IMG/VR virus record: IMGVR_UViG_3300038312_000396
Length of the DNA: 64,000 bases
Strand: one strand, 5' to 3'
Source of the DNA: an uncultured virus (IMG/VR IMGVR_UViG_3300038312_000396)
Taxonomy: Duplodnaviria > Heunggongvirae > Uroviricota > Caudoviricetes
A program made the translations under genes and the position numbers. Shown piece after piece: positions 20,281 through 28,932 of this stretch. The notes beneath the pieces are model-generated. The model did no database searches. It worked only from the letters and a program-made list of their open reading frames with translations, and had not been told where the DNA came from. The first letter of the stretch is position 1. Each line of letters opens with the position of its first letter.

Positions 20281-21117
20281 TCATGCCCTCATAACTTGAT
20301 TGAATGGAATATCTATTCCTTTTGTTTTGAAGTAAGGATTGCCGTCAACATCATATCTGATTTTTGCGTGACTTTTCTTACCGTTGTTCCAGCTAAAAAT
20401 AACCTTGTCCTCTGTACCGTGAAGTATGCAATAAATATTTACTGATGTATTGTTTGAAACTACATATGAGCCAATTACTTTCATAGTGTTATCTTCCTTT
20501 CCACCATCATAAAATTCTATAGTTTCCCCTCTGCTTGTGGTCAAGAGTTTAATCTTTCCAATCTTCCTACCATTACTATCAAGTTTATCAACTTCTTCAA
20601 TCTTCACAATAGTCGCTAAAAGCTCCAGTTTATCAGAAACTACAAATGTACTCCCCTGAGCCTTGACTAGTGCCATTCCGTTTCTAAACTTAGAAACATA
20701 GTCACACTTCCGTACGCTCTGGTCTTTAATACCTATTAAATAGTACAGATTAGATTCAACTCCCCGTACCCACAAAGTATCATTGTGAGTCTCATACCCT
20801 GCCATTTGAAGAGAGTGAATTTGTCTACGATCTTTGTTAAACCAACAAACATGATATTCCGCAGGTTTTGTTTCAAAATTACACTTAACTATGGATAGTA
20901 AGTTCTTAACGTTTAAACGTTCAATTACCTCAACACTTGTACAATCGGGATTTTGCTTTTTTATATGGTTAACTATTCCCTCATGTATCTCAGCCAAATG
21001 TGATCCAGTTTGATTAAGATCGTTCTGTACATTCTTAACAAACCGTGATTCCTCACGTTTAAACTTCGAGTTTAATATCGCTTTGTCTAGACTTCTAAAA
21101 AATGTTCTAATACCCAT
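20281..21117 (-). CDS. Hypothetical protein, probably an in-frame fusion of two genes
   Basis: Paralogue module ends near TIEFY; an internal AAAGGAAG RBS precedes MKVIGSY. Confidence 0.65.
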   Translation of the reverse strand: MGIRTFFRSLDKAILNSKFKREESRFVKNVQNDLNQTGSHLAEIHEGIVNHIKKQNPDCTSVEVIERLNVKNLLSIVKCNFETKPAEYHVCWFNKDRRQIHSLQMAGYETHNDTLWVRGVESNLYYLIGIKDQSVRKCDYVSKFRNGMALVKAQGSTFVVSDKLELLATIVKIEEVDKLDSNGRKIGKIKLLTTSRGETIEFYDGGKEDNTMKVIGSYVVSNNTSVNIYCILHGTEDKVIFSWNNGKKSHAKIRYDVDGNPYFKTKGIDIPFNQVMRA

Positions 21118-21156
21118 CTCTTTATTCTCCTTTATGAAAGTATTGTTTTAAAATTC

Positions 21157-21305
21157 TTATACTTCACCATTACATGTCGTCAACAATTTTACTGTTCCTA
21201 TTTTTAGTCCGTAATCATTGACCTTGTCTACTTCTTCAACCTTTACTATTTCTTATAGCACTTCTATGCATCTTTCAACACAGCTCTGTTAACTTTCCTT
21301 ATCCC
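21157..21305 (-). pseudogene. Remnant of a third copy of the 19182/20281 family
   Basis: Translates to IVKVEEVDKVNDYGLKIGTVKLLTTCNGEV*, preceded by an in-frame stop; compare IVKIEEVDKLDSNGRKIGKIKLLTTSRGE. Confidence 0.75.
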
Positions 21306-21559
21306 GTTCCGTGTTTTCCTGTCCTACATTACTTCACAACCGCTTTTTATTTACTCTAAATATACTGAAACGAACTTATCACTTCTTTTATTTACTATGT
21401 GCTTGAAATTATTCCCGTTAAAATACTTAGCTTATGTAAAACAGTTGTGTTTTGGCTCTTGATACCCTCTTCTCATTCCCTTTGATCGCTGTCTACCATA
21501 CTTTTGTAACAAAATAAGTAGCTCTTTCGGATCGTCCCAAGTTAGATTTTAAATCCTTT

Positions 21560-21802
21560 TCACATCATGTTCATGTTAAACCCATTCATCTCCACAAGTT
21601 GATTACCGCATTTCTTACAGATAAAGTCCCACTCACTTCGTTTAGTATGCTCTGTACGCTTATTGCAGTATGTGCATAGCTTTATGACAATCGATTGATC
21701 CGATATTTCCGATACCTTTAAGTTACCGCAAACCGTACATATTTGATTTCCTGATTTTAGTCTGTAAAACTTATTTTCGGATTTACACTTTTTACACGGC
21801 AT
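21560..21802 (-). CDS. Small double zinc-ribbon protein
   Basis: Four CxxC pairs; GGAGG RBS. Confidence 0.7.
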   Translation of the reverse strand: MPCKKCKSENKFYRLKSGNQICTVCGNLKVSEISDQSIVIKLCTYCNKRTEHTKRSEWDFICKKCGNQLVEMNGFNMNMM

Positions 21803-21827
21803 GTTAATACCCTCCTTTACTCATGTA

Positions 21828-22058
21828 CTATTTTGGAAGATAACCTGTTAGGGATTGCTTACATCTATAAATGTAAGCATTTTTGCTTTCTGCTCTAATG
21901 TATCTTTTGACCGATTCGTTTTGTTTTAGCTCTTCAAGTTCATTCAAGAATGGTTCTGCAAGCTCATCAAGTTCTTTTTTAATTTCGGAAATCCCTTTAA
22001 TGTCATACATAATCGCCTTGTCTATTAATCGCTCGACTTGTTTGATTAATTTTTCCAT
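21828..22058 (-). CDS. Small hypothetical protein
   Basis: 76 aa with GGGAG RBS. Confidence 0.6.
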   Translation of the reverse strand: MEKLIKQVERLIDKAIMYDIKGISEIKKELDELAEPFLNELEELKQNESVKRYIRAESKNAYIYRCKQSLTGYLPK

Positions 22059-22155
22059 AAAATCACTCCCTCACAGTAGACTTATTGCGTTCCGGAGTCC
22101 TTTCTGCTGTCATGACAAGGCGTCTAACAAGCCAGCAATAACCAGTTCTAGGCGC

Positions 22156-22317
22156 TTACTTCCTGTTATCAGTTACTATAGCCATGTATTTACACTTAGG
22201 ACAAAAAGCATTTCCTGTTTCTTCATCTATATTACAGGTCTTTATAATATCTTGATCTGTTGTGCAAAAACCACAGTTTATACATTCTAATTCAAATTGT
22301 TCACTTTCATTTTTCAT
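22156..22317 (-). CDS. 53-aa zinc-ribbon protein (below ORF-track cutoff)
   Basis: MKNESEQFELECINCGFC...AFCPKCKYMAIVTDNRK*, two CxxC. Confidence 0.6.
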   Translation of the reverse strand: MKNESEQFELECINCGFCTTDQDIIKTCNIDEETGNAFCPKCKYMAIVTDNRK

Positions 22318-22480
22318 TTTAGTGCATCCGCCGCTACTGAAAACTTATAAAAAGCTATAAAACTTTTATGTTCCATTACTCTTTCAACGTGTCCGCTTTC
22401 GGAAAACCTACTTACGTTTGATGTAACACTCCAGAATCTTAAATTCCCGACTAGCGTATCGGTACACAAACCTACTTTAC
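22311..22480 (-). ncRNA. Predicted TnpB omegaRNA (right-end scaffold plus flanking guide)
   Basis: Non-coding right end after tnpB (GTACCGATACGCTAGTCGGGAATTTAAG...CGGACACG...CAGTAGCGG); guide would be the flank CGGATGCACTAAAATG; boundaries approximate. Confidence 0.65.
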
Positions 22481-22481
22481 G

Positions 22482-23657
22482 TTATGTGTAAAGTATAGCC
22501 TTTCCGTAATTTCTCAAATTAACACTTGCCTGAAAATCCCTATCAATGTTATTACTACACTTCGAGCATACATATGTACGCTCTGATAAACTTAAATTAT
22601 GCTTTATGTTTCCACACACACAACATTTCTTACTTGAGGGGAATCTTCTATTAGCAATTATAAGTTCTGAACCATAGTATAAACACTTATACTCAATCTG
22701 TCGTCTGAATTCTCTGAACATACTATCCTGTATACTTTTAGCTAAGTGTTTGTTTTTCATCATGCCAGATACCGCTAAATCCTCTAATACTACAAAACTT
22801 GGATTTCGTTTCATAATATCAAAGGTTGTCTGATGTAAATAATTTGTTCTTAAATTTTTTAGCTTTCTATTAATTATTAGTAATCTCCTTTCTTCCTTTT
22901 TTATATTATTAGTCTTATGGTACTTTTCCCCGTCTTTATTCATTTCGTACTTTCTTGACACTTTCCTTTGAATCCTTGTTTTCTTCTTTTCAAGTTTCTT
23001 TACCTTTGCAGACTTATTTATATTATTATATGTAACCCCATCTGAACAAACAGCTAACTTCTTAATTCCCAAGTCTATTCCAATACCCTCGTTATTGTTT
23101 ATCTTGTCTTCAGGTAAAGCTTCACAACTAACTGTTATGTACCAGTTAATTCCGTCAAATTTAACACGTGGATTATAGTACTTCACTCCACTTCTAGGTA
23201 TTCTATCTTTTTCTGCTAGCTTTATGTAGTTTAAATGTCGATCTTTCTGTTTTTTTGATAACGAAATTTTTTCCATAATAACATGAGTGTCTGTAAAACT
23301 AATTACACAAGGATCGATATAAAATGAGGGTGTAGACTTTTTCTTTGATTTAAACCGAGGAAATTTATGTGTCTGTCTAAAGAAATTTTGATATGCTCTG
23401 TCTGCATCTTTTATAGCCTGTTTTAACACATTATTAGAAATTGTGTTTAACCAAAAATATTCTTCTTCACATTTTAACTGTGTAAACTCTTTACGTAAAT
23501 CATACACACTAATAGATTGTCCAAAATCTTCATACAAATACTTACGTCTGCCGATTGCCCAATTGTACGCAAACCTCGATGCTCCCGCAAACTGACGAAA
23601 TCTCGATTCTTGCACTTTATTCGGATGTAAAATAACTTTGAAAGTTGTCATTAACAT
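22482..23657 (-). CDS. tnpB: RNA-guided endonuclease TnpB
   Basis: RuvC residues intact: IGIDLG, VVLEDL, IDRDFQA; zinc finger CCVC...CSKC; N-terminal HTH. Confidence 0.95.
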   Translation of the reverse strand: MLMTTFKVILHPNKVQESRFRQFAGASRFAYNWAIGRRKYLYEDFGQSISVYDLRKEFTQLKCEEEYFWLNTISNNVLKQAIKDADRAYQNFFRQTHKFPRFKSKKKSTPSFYIDPCVISFTDTHVIMEKISLSKKQKDRHLNYIKLAEKDRIPRSGVKYYNPRVKFDGINWYITVSCEALPEDKINNNEGIGIDLGIKKLAVCSDGVTYNNINKSAKVKKLEKKKTRIQRKVSRKYEMNKDGEKYHKTNNIKKEERRLLIINRKLKNLRTNYLHQTTFDIMKRNPSFVVLEDLAVSGMMKNKHLAKSIQDSMFREFRRQIEYKCLYYGSELIIANRRFPSSKKCCVCGNIKHNLSLSERTYVCSKCSNNIDRDFQASVNLRNYGKAILYT

Positions 23658-24268
23658 TGTGATTCACCTTCCGATATCAAATCTTCAACAAGTTTACGTG
23701 TTTTATGTGCCCTTTTACCTTGTAGTTTACAGCTAAACACAGTGACTATTTGAATCAAATCTTCCACTAATTCCTGCTGTTCAGTTTTTTCTGTACTATC
23801 TAAAACTTCAATTTCACAACCATTTATGTTAGCAAAATATTCAACAAGTTCAAAACCGAAACGTAATAACCTATCTTTATAAAAAACACAAACTTTTGAA
23901 ACTTCCCGATTGTTTATTCTCCGTATAAGATCACGCAATCCTTTTTTTGTGTAATTAATACCACTACCTATATCTTGTATAATTTCATACCTTTCACCTT
24001 TACTTGTCAGATACTTATTCATATATTCAACTTGTCGTTCAAGATCATCTTTTTGGTTATTGCTCGATACTCTGCAATAACCTATTACTTTTTTTATCTC
24101 TTGCTCCTTTATTCCAAGAACAAGATTTAATTGTTTTTGCGAATAATACCTGTAACCCCCTGCACCTAAATGATCTGGTTTTAATTTGCCACTCTTATCC
24201 CAATTCCTTAATGTTTGTGAAGTTCTTCCTATAAGTTTTGAAAATTCATGTATACTGTAATATTTCAT
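23651..24268 (-). CDS. tnpA: IS607 TnpA serine recombinase
   Basis: MerR-like HTH (TLRNWD), catalytic YCRVSS, DIGSG, DRLLRFG; start reassigned to ATG 24268. Confidence 0.95.
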   Translation of the reverse strand: MKYYSIHEFSKLIGRTSQTLRNWDKSGKLKPDHLGAGGYRYYSQKQLNLVLGIKEQEIKKVIGYCRVSSNNQKDDLERQVEYMNKYLTSKGERYEIIQDIGSGINYTKKGLRDLIRRINNREVSKVCVFYKDRLLRFGFELVEYFANINGCEIEVLDSTEKTEQQELVEDLIQIVTVFSCKLQGKRAHKTRKLVEDLISEGESQC

Positions 24269-24424
24269 AAAATTACCATCCTTTATAACTATAATAACAT
24301 AATTCACATATTAAATCAAGTCCTATTTTATAACTTTTTATAACTTTTTCATAGACTGATCAAAGCCCTAATTCCTTAATTATACTATTATTTTACATTT
24401 GATCCTACTGTTAAATAGCCCCTC

Positions 24425-24820
24425 TTACACTCTATCTAATGTGTTCGCTGTTGTAAATATATTTCTCATTCTAAACTCAAATGGAGATTCAGCTAGTAAT
24501 ACTAGTCTTAACTCATTTTGAGCGTCTAACGCAAAATAAGGATATGTTAAGAAATATTTCTCTTTAAATACCCACTCAGGTATCTCCACTTCATAGTCAG
24601 AACATATTTTTTGTACTGCTCCAGATATAAAAGCGTAATCTCTTTCCTCTATGTTTTCAAATTGTTCCGGCTCTTCTCTAACCAGTTCAAATCTCTCTTT
24701 TGTTGTTCTGCTCTCAGAATAGAAATGATCTAAAAAGTCCCCAAAGTATATCCACATATTTACTTTAGGGTTAGTATTTTTTGCTGTAAGTTCAATTACT
24801 TCTTTTATTGTGTACCGCAT
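24425..24820 (-). CDS. Partner of nucleotidyltransferase (putative TA component)
   Basis: FLDHFY...PEWV...YF...AESP.EF..RNIF; coupled to the upstream NTase. Confidence 0.65.
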   Translation of the reverse strand: MRYTIKEVIELTAKNTNPKVNMWIYFGDFLDHFYSESRTTKERFELVREEPEQFENIEERDYAFISGAVQKICSDYEVEIPEWVFKEKYFLTYPYFALDAQNELRLVLLAESPFEFRMRNIFTTANTLDRV

Positions 24821-24821
24821 T

Positions 24822-25331
24822 TCATTCTCCCAGTAACTCCATTAACATGTAAAATGTCTTAGGTAAAATTCTGTTCTTAGGGTAGTAGGCATATAATATT
24901 TCCTCTGCCTGTGCAACTGACCGTATATTCAAATATTTAATTAAAAACTTAATGTCTTCAATCTCGGTTTTGTTAGTCATTCTGCAAGATAAGCATTTCA
25001 TTGCAAACATGTATAAAGGCGATGCTGCATAAATATTAAGATTAGATAATTTCTGAAAAGGTATTAGATCATTATTTTTAGATGTAAATCCCTTTACCCC
25101 GTCATTTAGCCAACCGGCATCTAAGTTATATTCCTTACTGATTTCTTTGATTGCAACCGCAATATCACGTTTCGGTTCAAATATAGCGTCTATGTCGTGT
25201 GTAGCGTCTCTTGCGTTAAGAGCTAAACACATCACAATGCCGCCGTATAAGGCTATTTCCCCCAAAATACCTCTCTGTCTTAATTTTTCATTTAAAATAA
25301 ATAAATACTCTAGTAACTGCACTTTATCCAT
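24822..25331 (-). CDS. Nucleotidyltransferase (DUF6036/AbiEii-like)
   Basis: LYGG...RDATHDID motif, WLND, AMK. Confidence 0.75.
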   Translation of the reverse strand: MDKVQLLEYLFILNEKLRQRGILGEIALYGGIVMCLALNARDATHDIDAIFEPKRDIAVAIKEISKEYNLDAGWLNDGVKGFTSKNNDLIPFQKLSNLNIYAASPLYMFAMKCLSCRMTNKTEIEDIKFLIKYLNIRSVAQAEEILYAYYPKNRILPKTFYMLMELLGE

Positions 25332-25404
25332 CTATATCTCCTTTAGACTTCTCTTTTAAGTAAGCTAAATGCAAATCTTAGGTTAGTAAACGTGTCATCA
25401 TCTT

Positions 25405-25623
25405 TCATTCAATCCACTCCCCTTTTCTTTCTGCGTCACGCAAAGTATTGCAGAGTAAGATCGACCTTACCATTACAACTACTGCTGTAACTAACAGCGT
25501 CACAGATAAGAATACACTCCGTACCGTTATTGTATTTAAGAGTGTAATTATTCCTATGAATACTGCTAAATACCTACAAAGTAATGCTTTTTCAATTACG
25601 GTCTTATTTTTCATCATATTCAC
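25405..25623 (-). CDS. Small two-TM membrane protein
   Basis: Two hydrophobic helices, basic termini. Confidence 0.6.
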   Translation of the reverse strand: MNMMKNKTVIEKALLCRYLAVFIGIITLLNTITVRSVFLSVTLLVTAVVVMVRSILLCNTLRDAERKGEWIE

Positions 25624-25675
25624 CGCCTCAATGTCTTCATTTTATTTTTTCCCTCTCTAAGTGACATGTAGGGTA

Positions 25676-25885
25676 TTATTTCTCCCTGTGTTTTATATGC
25701 CAAATTAAGTTCAACACAAGCATACATACTAAGGTTAGAGTGTACGCAATAATCTCATAGTCAACACTTCTTATCAATGCTGCTACTAATAAAGTAAGCA
25801 CTAAAAATGATACCCTGTCTAACCACTTGATATAATTCAACTTTATTTTTTTCGTGTAGTATAACTCTTTAAGCTTTTGCTTCAC
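25676..25885 (-). CDS. Small two-TM membrane protein
   Basis: Two hydrophobic helices; YEIIAY motif shared with next gene. Confidence 0.6.
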   Translation of the reverse strand: MKQKLKELYYTKKIKLNYIKWLDRVSFLVLTLLVAALIRSVDYEIIAYTLTLVCMLVLNLIWHIKHREK

Positions 25886-26082
25886 TCCGCATCAACCTTT
25901 TCCCCAATTTTCTTTTTCTGTTCTTTACAGTACAATAAGTCCATTACAATTACCGCCAATAAACATATGCTGTACGCTAATATTTCATAAAATGAACCGT
26001 TTAGCACCCCTATAGCTATTCTTGTGGCAATGAAAAAGTAAATTAAGCCAATCCAATAACCAAATCCTAATTTTTTCTTCAT
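25882..26082 (-). CDS. Small two-TM membrane protein
   Basis: Two hydrophobic helices; YEILAY. Confidence 0.6.
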   Translation of the reverse strand: MKKKLGFGYWIGLIYFFIATRIAIGVLNGSFYEILAYSICLLAVIVMDLLYCKEQKKKIGEKVDAE

Positions 26083-26196
26083 TTAAAATATCCTCTTTTT
26101 CAATTTATACATTTATACTCAACCTGTGGCTAACAAGTTAGCAAGTAATACCGCCACTAACTAAAAAGCCACATAATACTCTATGTGGTGTTATAC

Positions 26197-26613
26197 TTAA
26201 ATTAGTTCGCCTGTGATTTCTTTTCTATATACAACTTTCTGTCCCACATCCCCCTTAGTTACGTATAGTCGTATATTATTTAGATTGTTCGACTTTAACT
26301 TGTTTACATAATCAGTATAAAGCATAACCCTAGGAACACACATTAAGTCTATAACAATTTTAACACCATTAAATTTTGTTACGCACACAGTGTGATAGTA
26401 GTATTTTTCAGATACGCCCACAGGTAAGTTAAAAGTAGCTGTGTTTCCCGCTAATGTCTTTGCAAAAAACGTCACTAAATACCCCCTACCAATTGTCCTC
26501 ACTACACGTTCAGCCATTTCAGAACAGTCTTCATTTGGATGCATAATGTTCATACCCTGTACCTTTTTAATAACACTTAAATACCTATCATTCACACTTA
26601 CTTTTCTTTTCAT
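26197..26613 (-). CDS. Papain/transglutaminase-like fold protein (Tox-PL-like) with Cys-His-Asp triad
   Basis: EDCSEMA...YYYHTVC...IVIDL ordering. Confidence 0.55.
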   Translation of the reverse strand: MKRKVSVNDRYLSVIKKVQGMNIMHPNEDCSEMAERVVRTIGRGYLVTFFAKTLAGNTATFNLPVGVSEKYYYHTVCVTKFNGVKIVIDLMCVPRVMLYTDYVNKLKSNNLNNIRLYVTKGDVGQKVVYRKEITGELI

Positions 26614-26627
26614 TTCATTTTCCTTCC

Positions 26628-27236
26628 TTATGTCAAACCGTATAGGAACGGTCTTACATCAACGTACTTTGAAGCGTTATCTATATAATAGTTAGCATCA
26701 TCAAACGCAGTTACCCTTAATACCCCTTTGCCTTTAATTCCCTCTGTTGATTGTCCTGCTATTAATGCAAAACCTGTTCTGTCCCTCATTAACGCAATCG
26801 AATACTTCTCTTTGCCGTAAGCATTTAAACTACTCATAACATTGAATTGTGTGGTAGTGTTTATCGCCACTGCACCTATTTCTGTTATTGCCGAACGTTG
26901 ATTTTTTATTACAAGGTTAAATACCCCTTTTATCCCTAAGTATATACTCAACCCATCTATTCCTTGCTTACACACTATGTTTCTAACCCCTGTAAATATA
27001 GGTAAAGTTACGTCAGGTTGTTTAGAACAATCAATTATTTTTCTACCCGATAATATAGTCTTATAGACCTCATTGTAAGCCCTTTTTGCCCCGCTTTTTT
27101 CGTTAGCTTCGATGTCGTTTAGCATAGCATATGATGCACGTCTCATGACAGTTGCAGCTTCATTAAAATACTCCCCCATGTGTGGGAATGATAAATATGA
27201 GTATTTAATTGTGTTTGTTATTTTACCTAAATTCAT
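26628..27236 (-). CDS. Hypothetical protein
   Basis: 202 aa with GGAGAGG RBS. Confidence 0.65.
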   Translation of the reverse strand: MNLGKITNTIKYSYLSFPHMGEYFNEAATVMRRASYAMLNDIEANEKSGAKRAYNEVYKTILSGRKIIDCSKQPDVTLPIFTGVRNIVCKQGIDGLSIYLGIKGVFNLVIKNQRSAITEIGAVAINTTTQFNVMSSLNAYGKEKYSIALMRDRTGFALIAGQSTEGIKGKGVLRVTAFDDANYYIDNASKYVDVRPFLYGLT

Positions 27237-27300
27237 TTGTTCGCCTCTCCTTTGTTCATGTTATTTGCCGCTACTTTTCTCTATCAATTAAAGCGTACAG

Positions 27301-27675
27301 TTAAGCTAACCTCTGTCCGCAGTTCCTACAAAACTTATCGTCTTTTGCCACCCTACTGTCGCACCTTGTGCAACAATAGTATTTTCTTCCATCATATGTT
27401 CTACAAGCTGCAAGCTTAACATCAGAAAAGTTATTTCCCATTGTTACTAAAGCTTTCGACGGTGATAGCCTAAACTGTCCTTGTTCCCAATCAAATCCTA
27501 ATCCTGCATGTTTTACTTGACTTGAAGCTCTTGCACCTATTGATGCGTCTGAAAGTGTGATAAGCACTTCAATGTCTTCTGCTTTTTGATAGTCTCTAAG
27601 CCTCGATATTGTCAAGTCTACTATGATTTTTAGCATACTTAGTTTCATGTTAATACCCTCTACTCTTGTACACAT
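27301..27675 (-). CDS. Zinc-ribbon protein, phage-type
   Basis: C-terminal CTRC...FCRNCGQRL; likely start MKLSML. Confidence 0.65.
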   Translation of the reverse strand: MCTRVEGINMKLSMLKIIVDLTISRLRDYQKAEDIEVLITLSDASIGARASSQVKHAGLGFDWEQGQFRLSPSKALVTMGNNFSDVKLAACRTYDGRKYYCCTRCDSRVAKDDKFCRNCGQRLA

Positions 27676-27932
27676 TCCATTACTGGAAAACTACCCCTGA
27701 CGTGTTTCGTTAACAACACCATTCTCCTGTTAGGCAGTACCTTGTACCATCCCTTACGAAATGAAGTATATTTTGACACTTCGCTTTCGTATTCATTTTT
27801 TAAGTACTCTGTAGCAACGCCTTTCCACTGTTCCATATCAATGTGTCCTCTGTAAAAGAAACCTATAACACCACAGTCCCCAAAATTTAAAGGTTCTATT
27901 TTGAAATAAATATCATCTGACACTAACAACAA
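27660..27932 (-). CDS. Hypothetical protein
   Basis: 90-aa ORF with AGGGG RBS. Confidence 0.5.
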   Translation of the reverse strand: MLLVSDDIYFKIEPLNFGDCGVIGFFYRGHIDMEQWKGVATEYLKNEYESEVSKYTSFRKGWYKVLPNRRMVLLTKHVRGSFPVMECVQE

Positions 27933-28219
27933 CCCCTTGTCAATAAAATTATAAGGGAAAGGCGGCTTTTTCCCCCTTTAACAAGATGTGATACTTAGAA
28001 AGTACTCTCACTTCCCCTGTTTATATTTTATGCCGCCATTGTAAACCTTATTTAAGTGTATTGTTGACACTATCAAAGCTGTACAACACCCAGTACCAGT
28101 CCTTACCTGTATTTAACCGCTTATTCCGCTACAGCATTTCCAATTTCATTTAATCCCTTATAGCTTTTGTTATAATTAGTTGACCAGTGCAACTCCTTAC
28201 AAGATTAAATTTAAACTTG

Positions 28220-28915
28220 TCAAGGTGTACCTATTAATGTAATTCCGAATTTATCTAACACCCACACAGCCTCTCTTACTGACTTTATACCTAAGCCTTT
28301 GACTTCTCTTAGTTCGACATAAGTCAGGTTTGCTAAATCTCTAATAGTTTTGATTCTTGCTCTGTTTAAAGTGTTAAATAGTCTACCACTTAAATCTAAG
28401 TCACGAAGTGTTATGTTCAACACTTCTTCACTTACCATGTCAAGTGTTCCCTTACACTGCTGTTCAGGTCTCTTTAAATTGTCGTAATGTTCCCGTAAAA
28501 CTCTGTTTGTGATTTTTAACTCGTCATATTTATGCTTTATTATCCCCAACTCGTGTACTGTTCGTCTATACTTATCTTTAAACTCCCGATAATCCTCTTC
28601 ATTATACACACTCATGTATAAACTTTTGTTTCTCTGTAATTTTGTGAAAACACTTCTCACAAGATTATCGAATTTACGTACAGAACCGTCAACCAAGTTT
28701 AAACTACTTTCAACACTTTCACAGTAAATGTATCTTTGTGCAATAAGCTTCTTTTCGGTTTCATTCAATTGATCAACTTCTTTTAAAAATTGATATATGT
28801 TCACCGACATTATTTTAGCCCTTGATTCAGAATTTATTACATGTCCTATCAAATTGAATGGATACGTTCTAAGCAAATTCTCACAGCTTAATGCCCTGTC
28901 TATGTTGTTTTCCAT
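28220..28915 (-). CDS. Degenerate sigma-region-4-like / coiled-coil / RNA polymerase alpha-CTD-like protein
   Basis: C-terminal LRDLDLSGRLFNTLNRARIKTIRDL...LREVKGLGIKSVRE; YPFNLI motif; start reassigned to ATG 28915. Confidence 0.8.
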   Translation of the reverse strand: MENNIDRALSCENLLRTYPFNLIGHVINSESRAKIMSVNIYQFLKEVDQLNETEKKLIAQRYIYCESVESSLNLVDGSVRKFDNLVRSVFTKLQRNKSLYMSVYNEEDYREFKDKYRRTVHELGIIKHKYDELKITNRVLREHYDNLKRPEQQCKGTLDMVSEEVLNITLRDLDLSGRLFNTLNRARIKTIRDLANLTYVELREVKGLGIKSVREAVWVLDKFGITLIGTP

Positions 28916-28932
28916 GTTTACTGTCCCCCTTT

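Larger units (their letters stand above)
22331..24367 (-). mobile_element. IS607-family insertion sequence (tnpA + tnpB)
   Basis: Left end GG|CTTTGATCAGTC followed by AAAAAGTTAT repeats; right end ...TTTTATAAGTTTTCAGTAGCGG; GG at both junctions; serine recombinase plus TnpB. Confidence 0.9.

Noticed and set aside
24268..24367. IStron (group I intron fused to IS607)
   Set aside because: Only ~100 nt between left end and tnpA start; no room for an intron core
27935..28215. Riboswitch or structured RNA in this gap
   Set aside because: Only a weak hairpin; no recognisable aptamer consensus
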